64,000 bases of DNA from Candidatus Magasanikiibacteriota bacterium. GTDB taxonomy: Bacteria > Patescibacteriota > Patescibacteriia > Magasanikbacterales > UBA922. This document shows, one piece after another, positions 19,942 through 29,821 of the stretch. The DNA is taken from NCBI GenBank assembly GCA_016193335.1, contig JACPSK010000001.1:343424-407423 (forward strand). Reading direction: 5' to 3'. The notes beneath the pieces were generated by a model. The model was not told where the DNA came from and did no database searches. It saw only the letters and a program-made list of their open reading frames with translations. The position numbers and the translations under genes were made by a program. Numbering within the stretch: position 1 is the first letter of the stretch; each line of letters begins with the position of its first letter.

Positions 19942-20027
19942 TTGACAGCCTACGGCACCTTATGTTCTACTTATTATGGATGATTCTTTTCGTATGTATC
20001 TTCCGCTCTTTTACAAGCAAGGCGTAG
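19942..20027 (+). promoter_or_regulatory. Cassette 2 leader: promoter, boxA-like motif and 5' pairing arm
   Basis: TTGACA..TATGTTCTACTTA; GCTCTTTTACAA; GCAAGGCGTAG complementary to 20793-20803. Confidence 0.75.
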
Positions 20028-20149
20028 AAAATACAGTGTTGTGGTGTATGTAGGGAACAAGCCAAATAAAAAGGCAATTGCTCCTTACATACATCACAAC
20101 ACCCAAATCACATCTCTCTCTTTTTCTCCCACTCAGGGAGGAGGGCAAC

Positions 20150-20791
20150 ATGAACCGCTTCGTCGTCTTCTTCGCGGCCTTGGCCGTTTGTCTCGCCGGC
20201 TGTGAAGCCGGCTCTCCGGCCGTTGTTGATCCCCGAGCCGGGGTCAAGACCGTGGGGGGTGAAGACCCCTCGTTTAACAACGGCTTTGAGGCCGCTCCCG
20301 CTCAGGCGTCTGAGACGCCGAGCACTTCGCCGGAGCCCGCCGAGGTTCCTCCTGAGATCGAGCCTGTGCTCGACAACGACCCCAACGATGACTGGGAGCT
20401 CTGCGTCAAGTACAAGGCCTTCGAGGGAAAGTGGTGGACTGTAGAGTTCGAGAATGGGTACGGATTCAAGTACCCGGCGAACAAGGGGTGGTTCGCGTGC
20501 ACCTGCACGCCTGTCCCCGAAAAAACGGCCTGCAACATCAGTTGCTTGGGCGAAGCACCTGCTGATGCCGGTTTGCCGGTGAAGTCCGGGGTCTTCCACA
20601 CGGAGACCTACGACCCGGTGTGGGGCACCACCACCGTTACCGACCAGTGGGAAGAGACCACCTTCGAGCCCTGCTCAAACAGGGTGGTCCCCGGACACCC
20701 GGACTACGAGGAAACCTGCGTAGTCCAAAGAGACTATCTGAATGGCAACTTGGACTCCGAGTGGTGGTGGTCTAGAGCCGCTGCTGACTGA
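20150..20791 (+). CDS. GC-rich orphan lipoprotein with Cys-rich domain (cassette 2)
   Basis: SD GGAGGGCAAC-ATG; LAGC lipobox; Pro/Glu linker; Cys spacing resembles cassette 1; ends in WWW. Confidence 0.82.
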   Translation: MNRFVVFFAALAVCLAGCEAGSPAVVDPRAGVKTVGGEDPSFNNGFEAAPAQASETPSTSPEPAEVPPEIEPVLDNDPNDDWELCVKYKAFEGKWWTVEFENGYGFKYPANKGWFACTCTPVPEKTACNISCLGEAPADAGLPVKSGVFHTETYDPVWGTTTVTDQWEETTFEPCSNRVVPGHPDYEETCVVQRDYLNGNLDSEWWWSRAAAD

Positions 20792-20876
20792 ACTACGCCT
20801 TGCCCCTCACTTCACATAGTCAAAAATAAATACACCAAAGTGTATTTTTTTGTTTAAAAAAAATAAAATTACAAAA

Positions 20877-20907
20877 CAAAAGACAAGCCCCAAACGCTTG
20901 TCTTTTT
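20877..20907. terminator. Bidirectional terminator between cassette 2 and the giant gene
   Basis: aaaagacaagc...gcttgtctttt. Confidence 0.65.
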
Positions 20908-20929
20908 GGGATTGTCCCATCCCCAATTA

Positions 20930-23900
20930 TCACTTCTTATAAGGCACCACAATAATACTACCTTTATATTGGGTCCAAGCCTTATCATAATCTTCTTTGG
21001 TTTTTTCCAGTTTTTGCTTTTTCACATCAGACGGCTCAATAGCATCAAAGGCTTTGCCATTGCATTGATCATACAAAACACCATAGACCTTAGCGCCTGA
21101 AATAATTTGTCCATTATATTTTGTATAACACCCCATCTCCGAATTTGGCAGAACACCCCCCGGCATTACTTGGCAGGTGCCATTACACCAACCCCAATTG
21201 TCCAGGACCTGAACTTTGGGTTTGAATTTGCAGACGTATGGAGTGTCCGCGGCCGTATAACCCATGCTCTTGAGAGTAACTTGCTCGCCCTCGGTGAGAG
21301 AACCATAAGACACCACATAATCAAAACCATCTTTACCCGCGAGTGTAACATCAAGCTCAGAGCAACCATAGCCATGGACAAATTCAAAGTATCCTTCTTG
21401 GCAGGCCCTGGGCTGATTGCCAAACAAAGGAGATTTAAGCTCATAATTGACCAAATTGTCCGGGGTCTTAAAATCTATGTTCTTTCGTTCCTCGGGAGTG
21501 GCACACTGAAATTCATCTAATAACATGCAATCATTATCAGCAAGACAGGTAAGACCAGAAAAAATGTAGCCCCCTGTTGTTAATGGAGCTCCGAAACAGA
21601 GCCCTACGGTAGGATCAGAAGCGGCTTCAGCTTCGGCGCAAAAAGGTTTTCTATTTTTGTATCTGCCATACATGTGCTCGTTGAGTATACCCGTGGAATC
21701 GGACCAATCTATCATCACTCGTTTTATAGGCATGCGATTGTCATCGGCCCAGGCAAAAAATCTCAACTTTGCTTCAAGACTGGAAACGCCCACTACCGGC
21801 ATAGGATCATTGGTGCCTGGCACCAATTCTTCGAGTTTTCCGTCTCCGTCGTAATCTGAAACCACACCATTTTGCTCATTTACGGTAATGTTGTTTGCTC
21901 CGGCGGCCACGCAGTCCGGAGTCTTGATGTTACTCCCTTTAAAGAAACAACGGAATGGATTCAGGGAATACACTTTTGGCGCCAGGCCTGTTTTATCCAC
22001 GACATAACTGTAGTCAGGCCCCTCAAACATCGGGGATATTTCATGAAGAAGCCAAGAATCGCGAACTTTGTAAGTACGAGCGAAAAGTTGTCTTAATAAA
22101 TCCGTACCGGCAAGTGTATTTTCAGCAGGGGTAACTAATATCTTCTGGGTTGGATCCGAAGCCGCAAACATTTCATAAGAAGTGCCCTTAAAAGCTCCGC
22201 AACCTATGCCGCCGGGATAATTGGCTGTGCTTGGGGCTATCGTCCCAAATTCATATTCAGGTTTATTCTCTGACGCGGCAGTCCAATAAGGTTCCTTATA
22301 CACCGGAGATTTGCAAGCGTATGGAATGCCTGAGAATAAATCTATCCGATCAAAATTGTACACAGCAAACAAGTTGTCTACCTGCTCGTCCGGCAATTTG
22401 AATTGATTTTCATCCACATAAGTAGAACCATAGGGCCTCACAAAACTGTCTAGCGTGATATTACCAAAAAACTTGGAAATAAAGGCATTAATATCTTTGA
22501 ATATGGGGCCCAGATAATAACCCGCGCCCTGCCAGACCCTGTTTGTCCATGCCTTGCTGGTGGATTCGGAAGGATCTTGCTCGGCGATTCCGGAGTCGTA
22601 GACCTGTTGGAATTCAGTACAGCGAGGATAGTACTCCACTGAGGCGGCGAGCAGTTGGTCTCCTCCCTGCAACAATCTCCAATATTTGATGAATTCTTTA
22701 CTTTTATAATATCTGAAGTCGGTTTGGATAACGCTGTTTGGATTTTGGAATTCTAATTTCAAATTTTGGTCCACATCGTATTTATTGTATACGTTTCCTT
22801 CCAAAGTAAAACGAACATAAAACAACATATACGCTGGCACATCATCGTGGATAGGAACAAAGTCATTCTGTTTGTATCCTTTGCCATTGGCGATAAAACC
22901 TTTGACCCACTCAATGAAGGTTTTAGTATTTTGAACATCACCATTCTTACCCTCCAAATCTTCCAAAGGAATAAACAAACCATACAGATTGCCGCCATCA
23001 GGCATTTTACTTTTGAATCCAAATTGGAATTCCTGGCCCCATCTGGAATCAAGTACTTTCTTTGTATAACGTATAACGCCATTCGGCCCCTCAAATTCAA
23101 GGGCACTCCCTCTGTTCAAAGCATCAAAATCAAGCTCCGCTCTATCTGTTATGTACAGTCTTCTGTCATCTGGTACATAGTCATTTCCTCCACCTACAGA
23201 ATTTGCCCAAATCCTAAACGCGTGAACCACCAAAGGCCCAAAACGAATCTTTCGTATCATGTCTTCCCTCGGAAGAAGTTCATTCATCTCTATGACAGAT
23301 GTTTCACCCAAATCAACAAGCTTTTCATAACCAAGTGTAGGCTTCCAATTCGGCAGACCTACGCTCCCTGCATCATTCCACGCATTATTTATGTAGGTCT
23401 CATATACTGAAGGCTCATTGTGGTATGTTATCCACTCTTTCGGGTTATTCACAAACCACACATGTGAATTTGGTTCTCTAAAAGAAAACCAATTATGGCT
23501 GGACATGTAGGTATAGAGATACTTTTGGTATTCTGCGGCAGACGTTACTGCGCCAAAATTACCTTGCTGAGACGCGGCGGGAAAATGATGGAGCCAAGAC
23601 AGATTCGGCGTTACCGAAAATACAGACGGCACGTCGGGGTCATCATTGCTATTTGGCTCAAAAGAATAACCCCAAGAACGATACTTTTCGTATTCGCTTG
23701 ATTGGTTATTGCCCGGCAAAGCTATAAACAAATCCTTTTTATACTGTCCCAAACCATGAGCGTCTGAATCTGTGCAATATACTTGTCCGCCGATAATAGT
23801 CTTGTCGTTGTTGCTCTTGGACACCGCGTCAACCAGCGGATAGTAACCGGCTAGCGGATCATTATTGTATAGATCCACTTGAGTGGCAGACACATCCACC

Positions 23901-26900
23901 GGCAACCAAGTAAGACAGGCGAATTCGCCTTTTGTTTTGTCTATGGGCCTGCTTAGATCTCGCTCCAAACAAAAACCATATAAACCGGTATGTGTTTCAA
24001 TATTCTCCACGCGCGCGCAAGATCCTCCTGAAACCAGATTCTCATCAACATCATAGGTATTGCAATCTTTCTCCACGGCGCAGGGTTTCTTTTCTTTGTC
24101 TCCTCCAACGCAGATCCCTTGGATATAGCTGTCTTTGCTGCTCGGCCAAAAATCAGGGATAGGCAAACCGTTGTATTCTGTTTTTTTGTAAGAGCAAGAA
24201 CAATCTCCATCCTGGCAAATATTGGCTCCTTCGAATCCAGCCCTTTTCGTCGTAAATTCTTTTCTTGTCTGGCCTTCTACGCTAAACTCTTCCACCTGTG
24301 TGGCGATACTGAACGAATAGGGGCTGTTTTGTTCCGGAGGAGCTTTGCAAGAACCGCCGGTAAGATATCTAGTGATCAAACTTGTGCCGCCATTCGCCTC
24401 CACTGCGTTCAGATCCAAATCAGCGGGCCAAGCACCCTCAACCGGGAAAATGCAGGTGTTATTGTAACAACGCCCGCCTTTAGTGCTCCCAAAACCGCAG
24501 CTGTCCCAATCTTCTTTGCCCGAAAGAGGGCCGCAACCAAGAGCGGGATCAATGTTATCGGTGATCAAGGAAGGCAATTCGTAGACAAGGTAGCTCACCG
24601 GTTCATCTTCTACCACCAACTGTTTGAGATCGTATATTTGGTGCTTGTTAAACAGGGAATAACCTGAATAGTCTTCACCAAACCAAGATGTGTCGCGCTT
24701 TACGTACACGCTTTCGCCGAGAGGCGTAAGATCAAAATCTCCGGTTCCTACCCAATCTACGCATTCCACGCCTTTTACCGTACTCCTGCAAGCGTCAAAA
24801 TTATAACAAACGGATTTTTGGGTCCCATCAGAATTGGAAATGACAGATTTATTCTTGCAAGCCAGCCATTCACTACAGATTCTGTCCCTATCCACTTTTA
24901 AGATCAGATTTGCGTCTTTATCCTGGCCTTCAGATACCGGAGCCACGAGCGCGTATTGCGGTTTTGCTTTTTCACTGAGTTCATAGGTCTTCGCGCTGTC
25001 ATAGAGTTTGTTGGGCTGGTCGGTTCTGTTGAACAAAACGCAACCTTCTTTGAGACTCACTTTTCCTTCGCAATCACCGGCTTTGGAAAGCAGCTGCTGG
25101 TCTACAATAACATAATAAGAAGACCCTTCGGGCTTAAGCTCAGAAGAATCTGCCGGATCAATAAGTTCGGTACACAGATGATGATTCTCCGAGCAAAGGC
25201 CGACAAATCCGTCATACTTTTCCGAATCATTGGACCAAATGCCATATTCCCCTCCGGCTTTCACAAAATTGCCATAACATTCGATTTTCCCTTTATCCAC
25301 GCATTCAGCATTCTCTTCTTCGCCGCATTGAACATTTTCAGAGCAGAGCTGTTCGAGATTATTGGAGCAACGTCCTACTCCATCTTTGAACCAACCAAAT
25401 TTAACTTGGCCGTTTATATCTTGTTGCTCTTTGTATGAACATATTTTGTGCGCGGTCAAAGCGGGATCTTTGAAATACAGCAAATCATTGCCGGACTTGT
25501 ATTCTGAACAACCGAGAAGATCGGATCTACAGAGAGTTTGTTCATAGTGAGCCGGATCGTTTTTTACCAAAGTGGCATTGAAGGCGTAAGAACCGCTCTT
25601 TTCATCGGGCACCAAATGGTCTTCGAGACCGGTGGCCTGACAGCCTCTAAACTGAGACTGACAGACAAATTCATTACGATACGTCAAAAATATCGGACTT
25701 TCTTCGGGCGTGTCTTGAGGCACTACCACGCTTGATTCTTTTATCCAGGAACTTTCCAAATCCGCAAGCGTCGGCACGATAACCGGAGAACTTATATAAC
25801 AGCCTTTTTGTCCTTTTAAGATTTCACAGGAGCCCAAGTCTTGTCCGTTCTTTGATAGCGTACAAGTTCCTTCCGCGTCCGAAGCGCACCATGCATTGTG
25901 CACGCGAGCTTGCTCTTCGTCTTCCATATCCACGGTATTGTAAGTATCGTACAAAGCCATGCAACCGGCGGCCTGGGGTCTGCAGAGTTTGTCGAAACCG
26001 GTGGCGTACACAGGCTCGCTGAATTCCACATCCGTATATTCTCTGCAACCAAGGGCGGAGCCGGGTAATCCATCATCCGGTTTGTCATCGCAACTTAAAG
26101 GCACGTCTGCTGTAACAGTCTCGCCGTTGAGATCAATCCGTTGTTTCCAGGAATTTTTGACATAATGATCTTGACTTTCCACTTCTATAATACGCAGCGA
26201 ATCTATAAAATACGGGCCCGAAGCGCCCACGAACGAGCGTTCGAAAATAAGATGGCTTTTTTTGGATCCATCGCCAGAAAAACGCACCGGCCCAAGCCTA
26301 TAACTCTGCCAGGCCTCGCCAACAGGAACTTTAATTTGTTTGCCCGGCACACTCGGATCTGCGGTGAAATCGGCTTTTATAATATCTCCTGCCTCTGTGT
26401 CTCCTCCGAGAAGTTGCGTTATCTGTATGGAAAGATTTTGCGGCGTGCCATGAGCCCAAAATTCAAGCTCATACCACTTTTCGCTTTGTATCACGTCAGG
26501 CTCAAAGGCATAAGCAAGCATGCTGTCATTAACTTGCAAAGAATACAATCCCACTTGCGTGGCATCCGGCTTTACGGCGATGGGTCCGTCTTCTTGAGCG
26601 CCGAACCAGCCAGCGGCCGCTTGATTCAAAGCATCTTCAGAATCAGCCTCCGGCTCAAAGCTGAAATATTCGACTGTCCTTATGTTGTTGCCGAAATTGC
26701 CATTAAAAGCGCGACAGCCGTTAAACTCGGCAGGACAAGATTCCGCTTCACTGGTTATACTCCAATATACGCAAGAGCCATCTTTGTACTCTCCGCCATT
26801 GAAACATCTCTTGCAGATTCCGGTGGCTCCGCTTCCGGTCCACATTCCCTTTTTGTCCAAGCACAGAGCTTCATTCCCTTTCAAATTATCATCTTCTTCA

Positions 26901-29809
26901 AGAGAAGCTTCAGTAATGCGCAAAGGATGACAATCTTCTGACACGCTCACCGTATCATTAAGCATACGGTAATAAATATGACCTTCTTCATCATACAAGG
27001 CTCTGCAATTCGAATTGGCCGCTTCTAAATCATAAGGATTATTTATCAAAACCGTATAATTTATCTCATTACAAAAATCATAAGCATTTTGCAGTGAAGC
27101 TTCACTATCATTCGCGAAAGCCGGAGCACCCGGGCCAAACACTGAAGCCGAACTGTCGCCCACATTAAGGGCAAGATTCAAAGCAGAGATATATTGAGAT
27201 TCTTTTTGATCAATCTGGAGCATCCGATGGACACGAAGCACAAAACCTTCGCTGGCCGAACCTTCCCATGAGTAATAGGTGCGTTCATTGGCTCCACTCG
27301 GTTTCTGACAATACTTGATGTCTTTGTAATACTCCAAACCTTCTCCCCCGGACAGGGCGGTGTCTATATTGGTAAATTCACTGCAGCCGTTGTAAGTGGC
27401 AGAGCAAGCGGTGGCCTGAGAAGGAATAAAATACAAGGGGAACACAGAAGCCTCAAAAGGAGCTTCTTCTTGTCTAAAGGTGTCATACCCCAGACATTCT
27501 TCTTTGCAACTGTTGCCACCCACCACCGCCACAAAATTCGAGCCTTCGGTTTTTGGCTGATATTCAATACAGCCTTCTTCTTCGGGCAGACATACTTGGG
27601 CGTATTGATTGCAGGCCTCGGGACGCTCGCTTAGTTTTTCCAAGTCCAATTCGTTGACCGGCCAATTTACCACGCCTTTGCTCAGAAGATTGATATCATA
27701 ACAACCCAGATACTCAGGAGCCTTTTTGAGATGAACCTGGTCTGTGGTCTTTTTGTAGCTGTCTGTGTTCAAGTCAAATCCGGCGATATAAAAAGTACTG
27801 CAACCAATGGAATCCGGCGGACAATTATTAAACTGCTCAACGGCACGGTTGAAGAAAATAGTCTGGTTAATCCCCTGTTTTTTGAGAGCAAGATCTATGG
27901 CGCCGCTATTCGTCCATGCGTCCCCTTCCTGATACATACTGTATGCTCTGCACCCCACGGCTTCTTGGCTACATTCACCGGCGTCAAGAGTTCTCGTTAA
28001 ATAAGATGAAACCGTGTTTGATTTGGTATTTATAAAGGTACGACAGGTGCTAAACTGCGCAGGACAGCTATTCCCGCCCACGCGCCACACATTTTGCTCA
28101 CGCAAGCAATATCCATAATTACTGAGACAAGCTCCATTTTCGTCCTGCTGCAAGCAAGTGGAAATGTCCACGCATTCCTGCTGTCTTTGTGGAGCTTCAG
28201 GGGTGACCAAATTGGGCCCAAAAACCTTTGCCTCGCAACGAGGTTCAGGTAAACGGATAATCCATTTGGGATCAATAAGATGACAAAACGGAAATTCGGA
28301 ATTTGGAGCGCCATTCGGCGCACAATCGTAAAACCCCTTTACCACCGCGCCCAAAGTCCATTTTTGTGGCGCATCCGGATCGGCCTTCAAAGCCGCGATC
28401 TCAAATCCAAGAGGTACGATGCGAGCTTTGCGGAGTTTTTGTATATTCGCATAACAATATTTTCCGGAAGAACAAGCGCGCACCGCGTTTATGCCCTCGT
28501 GGTCTATGGTGCGACGAGGCGAGATAAGAGGCCAATCTTCGTGGAGAAGCCCCTGGGCCAAAGCCTGCTCTATAGTGAGGGGAATTCCAACATTTGCCCG
28601 CTCCACAGCCTGCCTCAACCCCGCGTCTATTACACAATTATTTAAGCCCGGATTCTCCGGACAACTGGAATATTGGTCAAGCAAAGGATAGATATTGATT
28701 TCTTTGATTGGCACTGAAGTAAACAAAAAGTTAAAGCTGTTTTCAGCGGCCTTCCTATTCACATTAAGTACAGACGCGAATTCACTAACGACCGAATCCG
28801 CTATAGAAGTATCTGTACCCTTGTCTCCCACGTCAGTAGCATCCGGAAAAAGTCCTTCTGTCAGAAGCTGGTCGAGCAAACTGGAAACAAGGGTATTTAA
28901 AAATACCGAGAGCGCGGATGGAATAACCTGGAGCATCCCAGAACCGTAAATTCCCGCCACTTGGCCGGCGCTCAACTGACCCTGATGTTTGGCTGTCACG
29001 GCTTTGGTTTCTTCTTGAATTATCTGAGCCGGTGTTTTTACTTTTCCTTGAATCAAGTTGCTAAGAGGCTTAAAACCCTGCCCTTCAAGACGATCGGTAT
29101 CTGCGCCCTTTTTGGCATCCACGGCTACTCTGCCCACCTGAGCGCTGAGGCCGAGAGCTATGCCAAAATCAGACTGGTCGACTTTTACCGCGTTCGCGAA
29201 GGCTCCTGAAATCGTGTCATATGGAGTATCACCCAATTGATTGCCAAATTCTTTCCAGCTTTCGCTAAATTCATTCCACTGACAACGAGGTCTCGGTCCG
29301 CCTTTGCCATCTATGTCGTCGTATAATGAGCGGAGACCAACCTGTATAAAGACTTGAGCTTCTAAATTGGGAGGGCGGCACAAGCTAACGCCAAAAAGAC
29401 CTTCTCCAAACTGATCTATGGCTCCGGCCGCTGTGTCCAAAGCAACACTTTTGAAATATTCTCCAGCGCCTTGTTCAAAAGCGAGAGCTCCCTGGCCTTT
29501 GCCTCCGGAAGCCACCCACTTGGCGCTATCGTACGCGAGTTTGCGTGTAAAATATGAGGTGGCATTCACCAAAGTACCCAAAGCGACAGCCAACAAAGCA
29601 TCGCCTATGGTATCCATGATATTGGTTGTCTTTTCCGGGATGCTTTCAATAACGCTTACCGGCAGACCGGCATAGGCAGGCCGCGCGAAGGTGCCGAGCC
29701 CTATCACCTGCACAGACAAAAACAAAACTATGAGGCCGATTAACGCGAATCTGGTTCTTCTTTTTGTGGTGCCATGCATACTCATAGCTACTGTCTTCTT
29801 AAGCTTCAT
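20930..29809 (-). CDS. Giant (2959 aa) Cys-rich exported/surface protein
   Basis: Uninterrupted ORF; N-terminal signal/TM; many Cys modules; a CBM-like segment (WYELEFWAHG..WQSYRLG..IDSLRI). Confidence 0.85.
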   Translation of the reverse strand: MKLKKTVAMSMHGTTKRRTRFALIGLIVLFLSVQVIGLGTFARPAYAGLPVSVIESIPEKTTNIMDTIGDALLAVALGTLVNATSYFTRKLAYDSAKWVASGGKGQGALAFEQGAGEYFKSVALDTAAGAIDQFGEGLFGVSLCRPPNLEAQVFIQVGLRSLYDDIDGKGGPRPRCQWNEFSESWKEFGNQLGDTPYDTISGAFANAVKVDQSDFGIALGLSAQVGRVAVDAKKGADTDRLEGQGFKPLSNLIQGKVKTPAQIIQEETKAVTAKHQGQLSAGQVAGIYGSGMLQVIPSALSVFLNTLVSSLLDQLLTEGLFPDATDVGDKGTDTSIADSVVSEFASVLNVNRKAAENSFNFLFTSVPIKEINIYPLLDQYSSCPENPGLNNCVIDAGLRQAVERANVGIPLTIEQALAQGLLHEDWPLISPRRTIDHEGINAVRACSSGKYCYANIQKLRKARIVPLGFEIAALKADPDAPQKWTLGAVVKGFYDCAPNGAPNSEFPFCHLIDPKWIIRLPEPRCEAKVFGPNLVTPEAPQRQQECVDISTCLQQDENGACLSNYGYCLREQNVWRVGGNSCPAQFSTCRTFINTKSNTVSSYLTRTLDAGECSQEAVGCRAYSMYQEGDAWTNSGAIDLALKKQGINQTIFFNRAVEQFNNCPPDSIGCSTFYIAGFDLNTDSYKKTTDQVHLKKAPEYLGCYDINLLSKGVVNWPVNELDLEKLSERPEACNQYAQVCLPEEEGCIEYQPKTEGSNFVAVVGGNSCKEECLGYDTFRQEEAPFEASVFPLYFIPSQATACSATYNGCSEFTNIDTALSGGEGLEYYKDIKYCQKPSGANERTYYSWEGSASEGFVLRVHRMLQIDQKESQYISALNLALNVGDSSASVFGPGAPAFANDSEASLQNAYDFCNEINYTVLINNPYDLEAANSNCRALYDEEGHIYYRMLNDTVSVSEDCHPLRITEASLEEDDNLKGNEALCLDKKGMWTGSGATGICKRCFNGGEYKDGSCVYWSITSEAESCPAEFNGCRAFNGNFGNNIRTVEYFSFEPEADSEDALNQAAAGWFGAQEDGPIAVKPDATQVGLYSLQVNDSMLAYAFEPDVIQSEKWYELEFWAHGTPQNLSIQITQLLGGDTEAGDIIKADFTADPSVPGKQIKVPVGEAWQSYRLGPVRFSGDGSKKSHLIFERSFVGASGPYFIDSLRIIEVESQDHYVKNSWKQRIDLNGETVTADVPLSCDDKPDDGLPGSALGCREYTDVEFSEPVYATGFDKLCRPQAAGCMALYDTYNTVDMEDEEQARVHNAWCASDAEGTCTLSKNGQDLGSCEILKGQKGCYISSPVIVPTLADLESSWIKESSVVVPQDTPEESPIFLTYRNEFVCQSQFRGCQATGLEDHLVPDEKSGSYAFNATLVKNDPAHYEQTLCRSDLLGCSEYKSGNDLLYFKDPALTAHKICSYKEQQDINGQVKFGWFKDGVGRCSNNLEQLCSENVQCGEEENAECVDKGKIECYGNFVKAGGEYGIWSNDSEKYDGFVGLCSENHHLCTELIDPADSSELKPEGSSYYVIVDQQLLSKAGDCEGKVSLKEGCVLFNRTDQPNKLYDSAKTYELSEKAKPQYALVAPVSEGQDKDANLILKVDRDRICSEWLACKNKSVISNSDGTQKSVCYNFDACRSTVKGVECVDWVGTGDFDLTPLGESVYVKRDTSWFGEDYSGYSLFNKHQIYDLKQLVVEDEPVSYLVYELPSLITDNIDPALGCGPLSGKEDWDSCGFGSTKGGRCYNNTCIFPVEGAWPADLDLNAVEANGGTSLITRYLTGGSCKAPPEQNSPYSFSIATQVEEFSVEGQTRKEFTTKRAGFEGANICQDGDCSCSYKKTEYNGLPIPDFWPSSKDSYIQGICVGGDKEKKPCAVEKDCNTYDVDENLVSGGSCARVENIETHTGLYGFCLERDLSRPIDKTKGEFACLTWLPVDVSATQVDLYNNDPLAGYYPLVDAVSKSNNDKTIIGGQVYCTDSDAHGLGQYKKDLFIALPGNNQSSEYEKYRSWGYSFEPNSNDDPDVPSVFSVTPNLSWLHHFPAASQQGNFGAVTSAAEYQKYLYTYMSSHNWFSFREPNSHVWFVNNPKEWITYHNEPSVYETYINNAWNDAGSVGLPNWKPTLGYEKLVDLGETSVIEMNELLPREDMIRKIRFGPLVVHAFRIWANSVGGGNDYVPDDRRLYITDRAELDFDALNRGSALEFEGPNGVIRYTKKVLDSRWGQEFQFGFKSKMPDGGNLYGLFIPLEDLEGKNGDVQNTKTFIEWVKGFIANGKGYKQNDFVPIHDDVPAYMLFYVRFTLEGNVYNKYDVDQNLKLEFQNPNSVIQTDFRYYKSKEFIKYWRLLQGGDQLLAASVEYYPRCTEFQQVYDSGIAEQDPSESTSKAWTNRVWQGAGYYLGPIFKDINAFISKFFGNITLDSFVRPYGSTYVDENQFKLPDEQVDNLFAVYNFDRIDLFSGIPYACKSPVYKEPYWTAASENKPEYEFGTIAPSTANYPGGIGCGAFKGTSYEMFAASDPTQKILVTPAENTLAGTDLLRQLFARTYKVRDSWLLHEISPMFEGPDYSYVVDKTGLAPKVYSLNPFRCFFKGSNIKTPDCVAAGANNITVNEQNGVVSDYDGDGKLEELVPGTNDPMPVVGVSSLEAKLRFFAWADDNRMPIKRVMIDWSDSTGILNEHMYGRYKNRKPFCAEAEAASDPTVGLCFGAPLTTGGYIFSGLTCLADNDCMLLDEFQCATPEERKNIDFKTPDNLVNYELKSPLFGNQPRACQEGYFEFVHGYGCSELDVTLAGKDGFDYVVSYGSLTEGEQVTLKSMGYTAADTPYVCKFKPKVQVLDNWGWCNGTCQVMPGGVLPNSEMGCYTKYNGQIISGAKVYGVLYDQCNGKAFDAIEPSDVKKQKLEKTKEDYDKAWTQYKGSIIVVPYKK

Positions 29810-29821
29810 GAAACTAAAAAC

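Noticed and set aside
19844-19945. Integron attC sites between the lipoprotein cassettes
   Set aside because: No RYYYAAC..GTTRRRY ends and no intI in the window; each gene has its own promoter.
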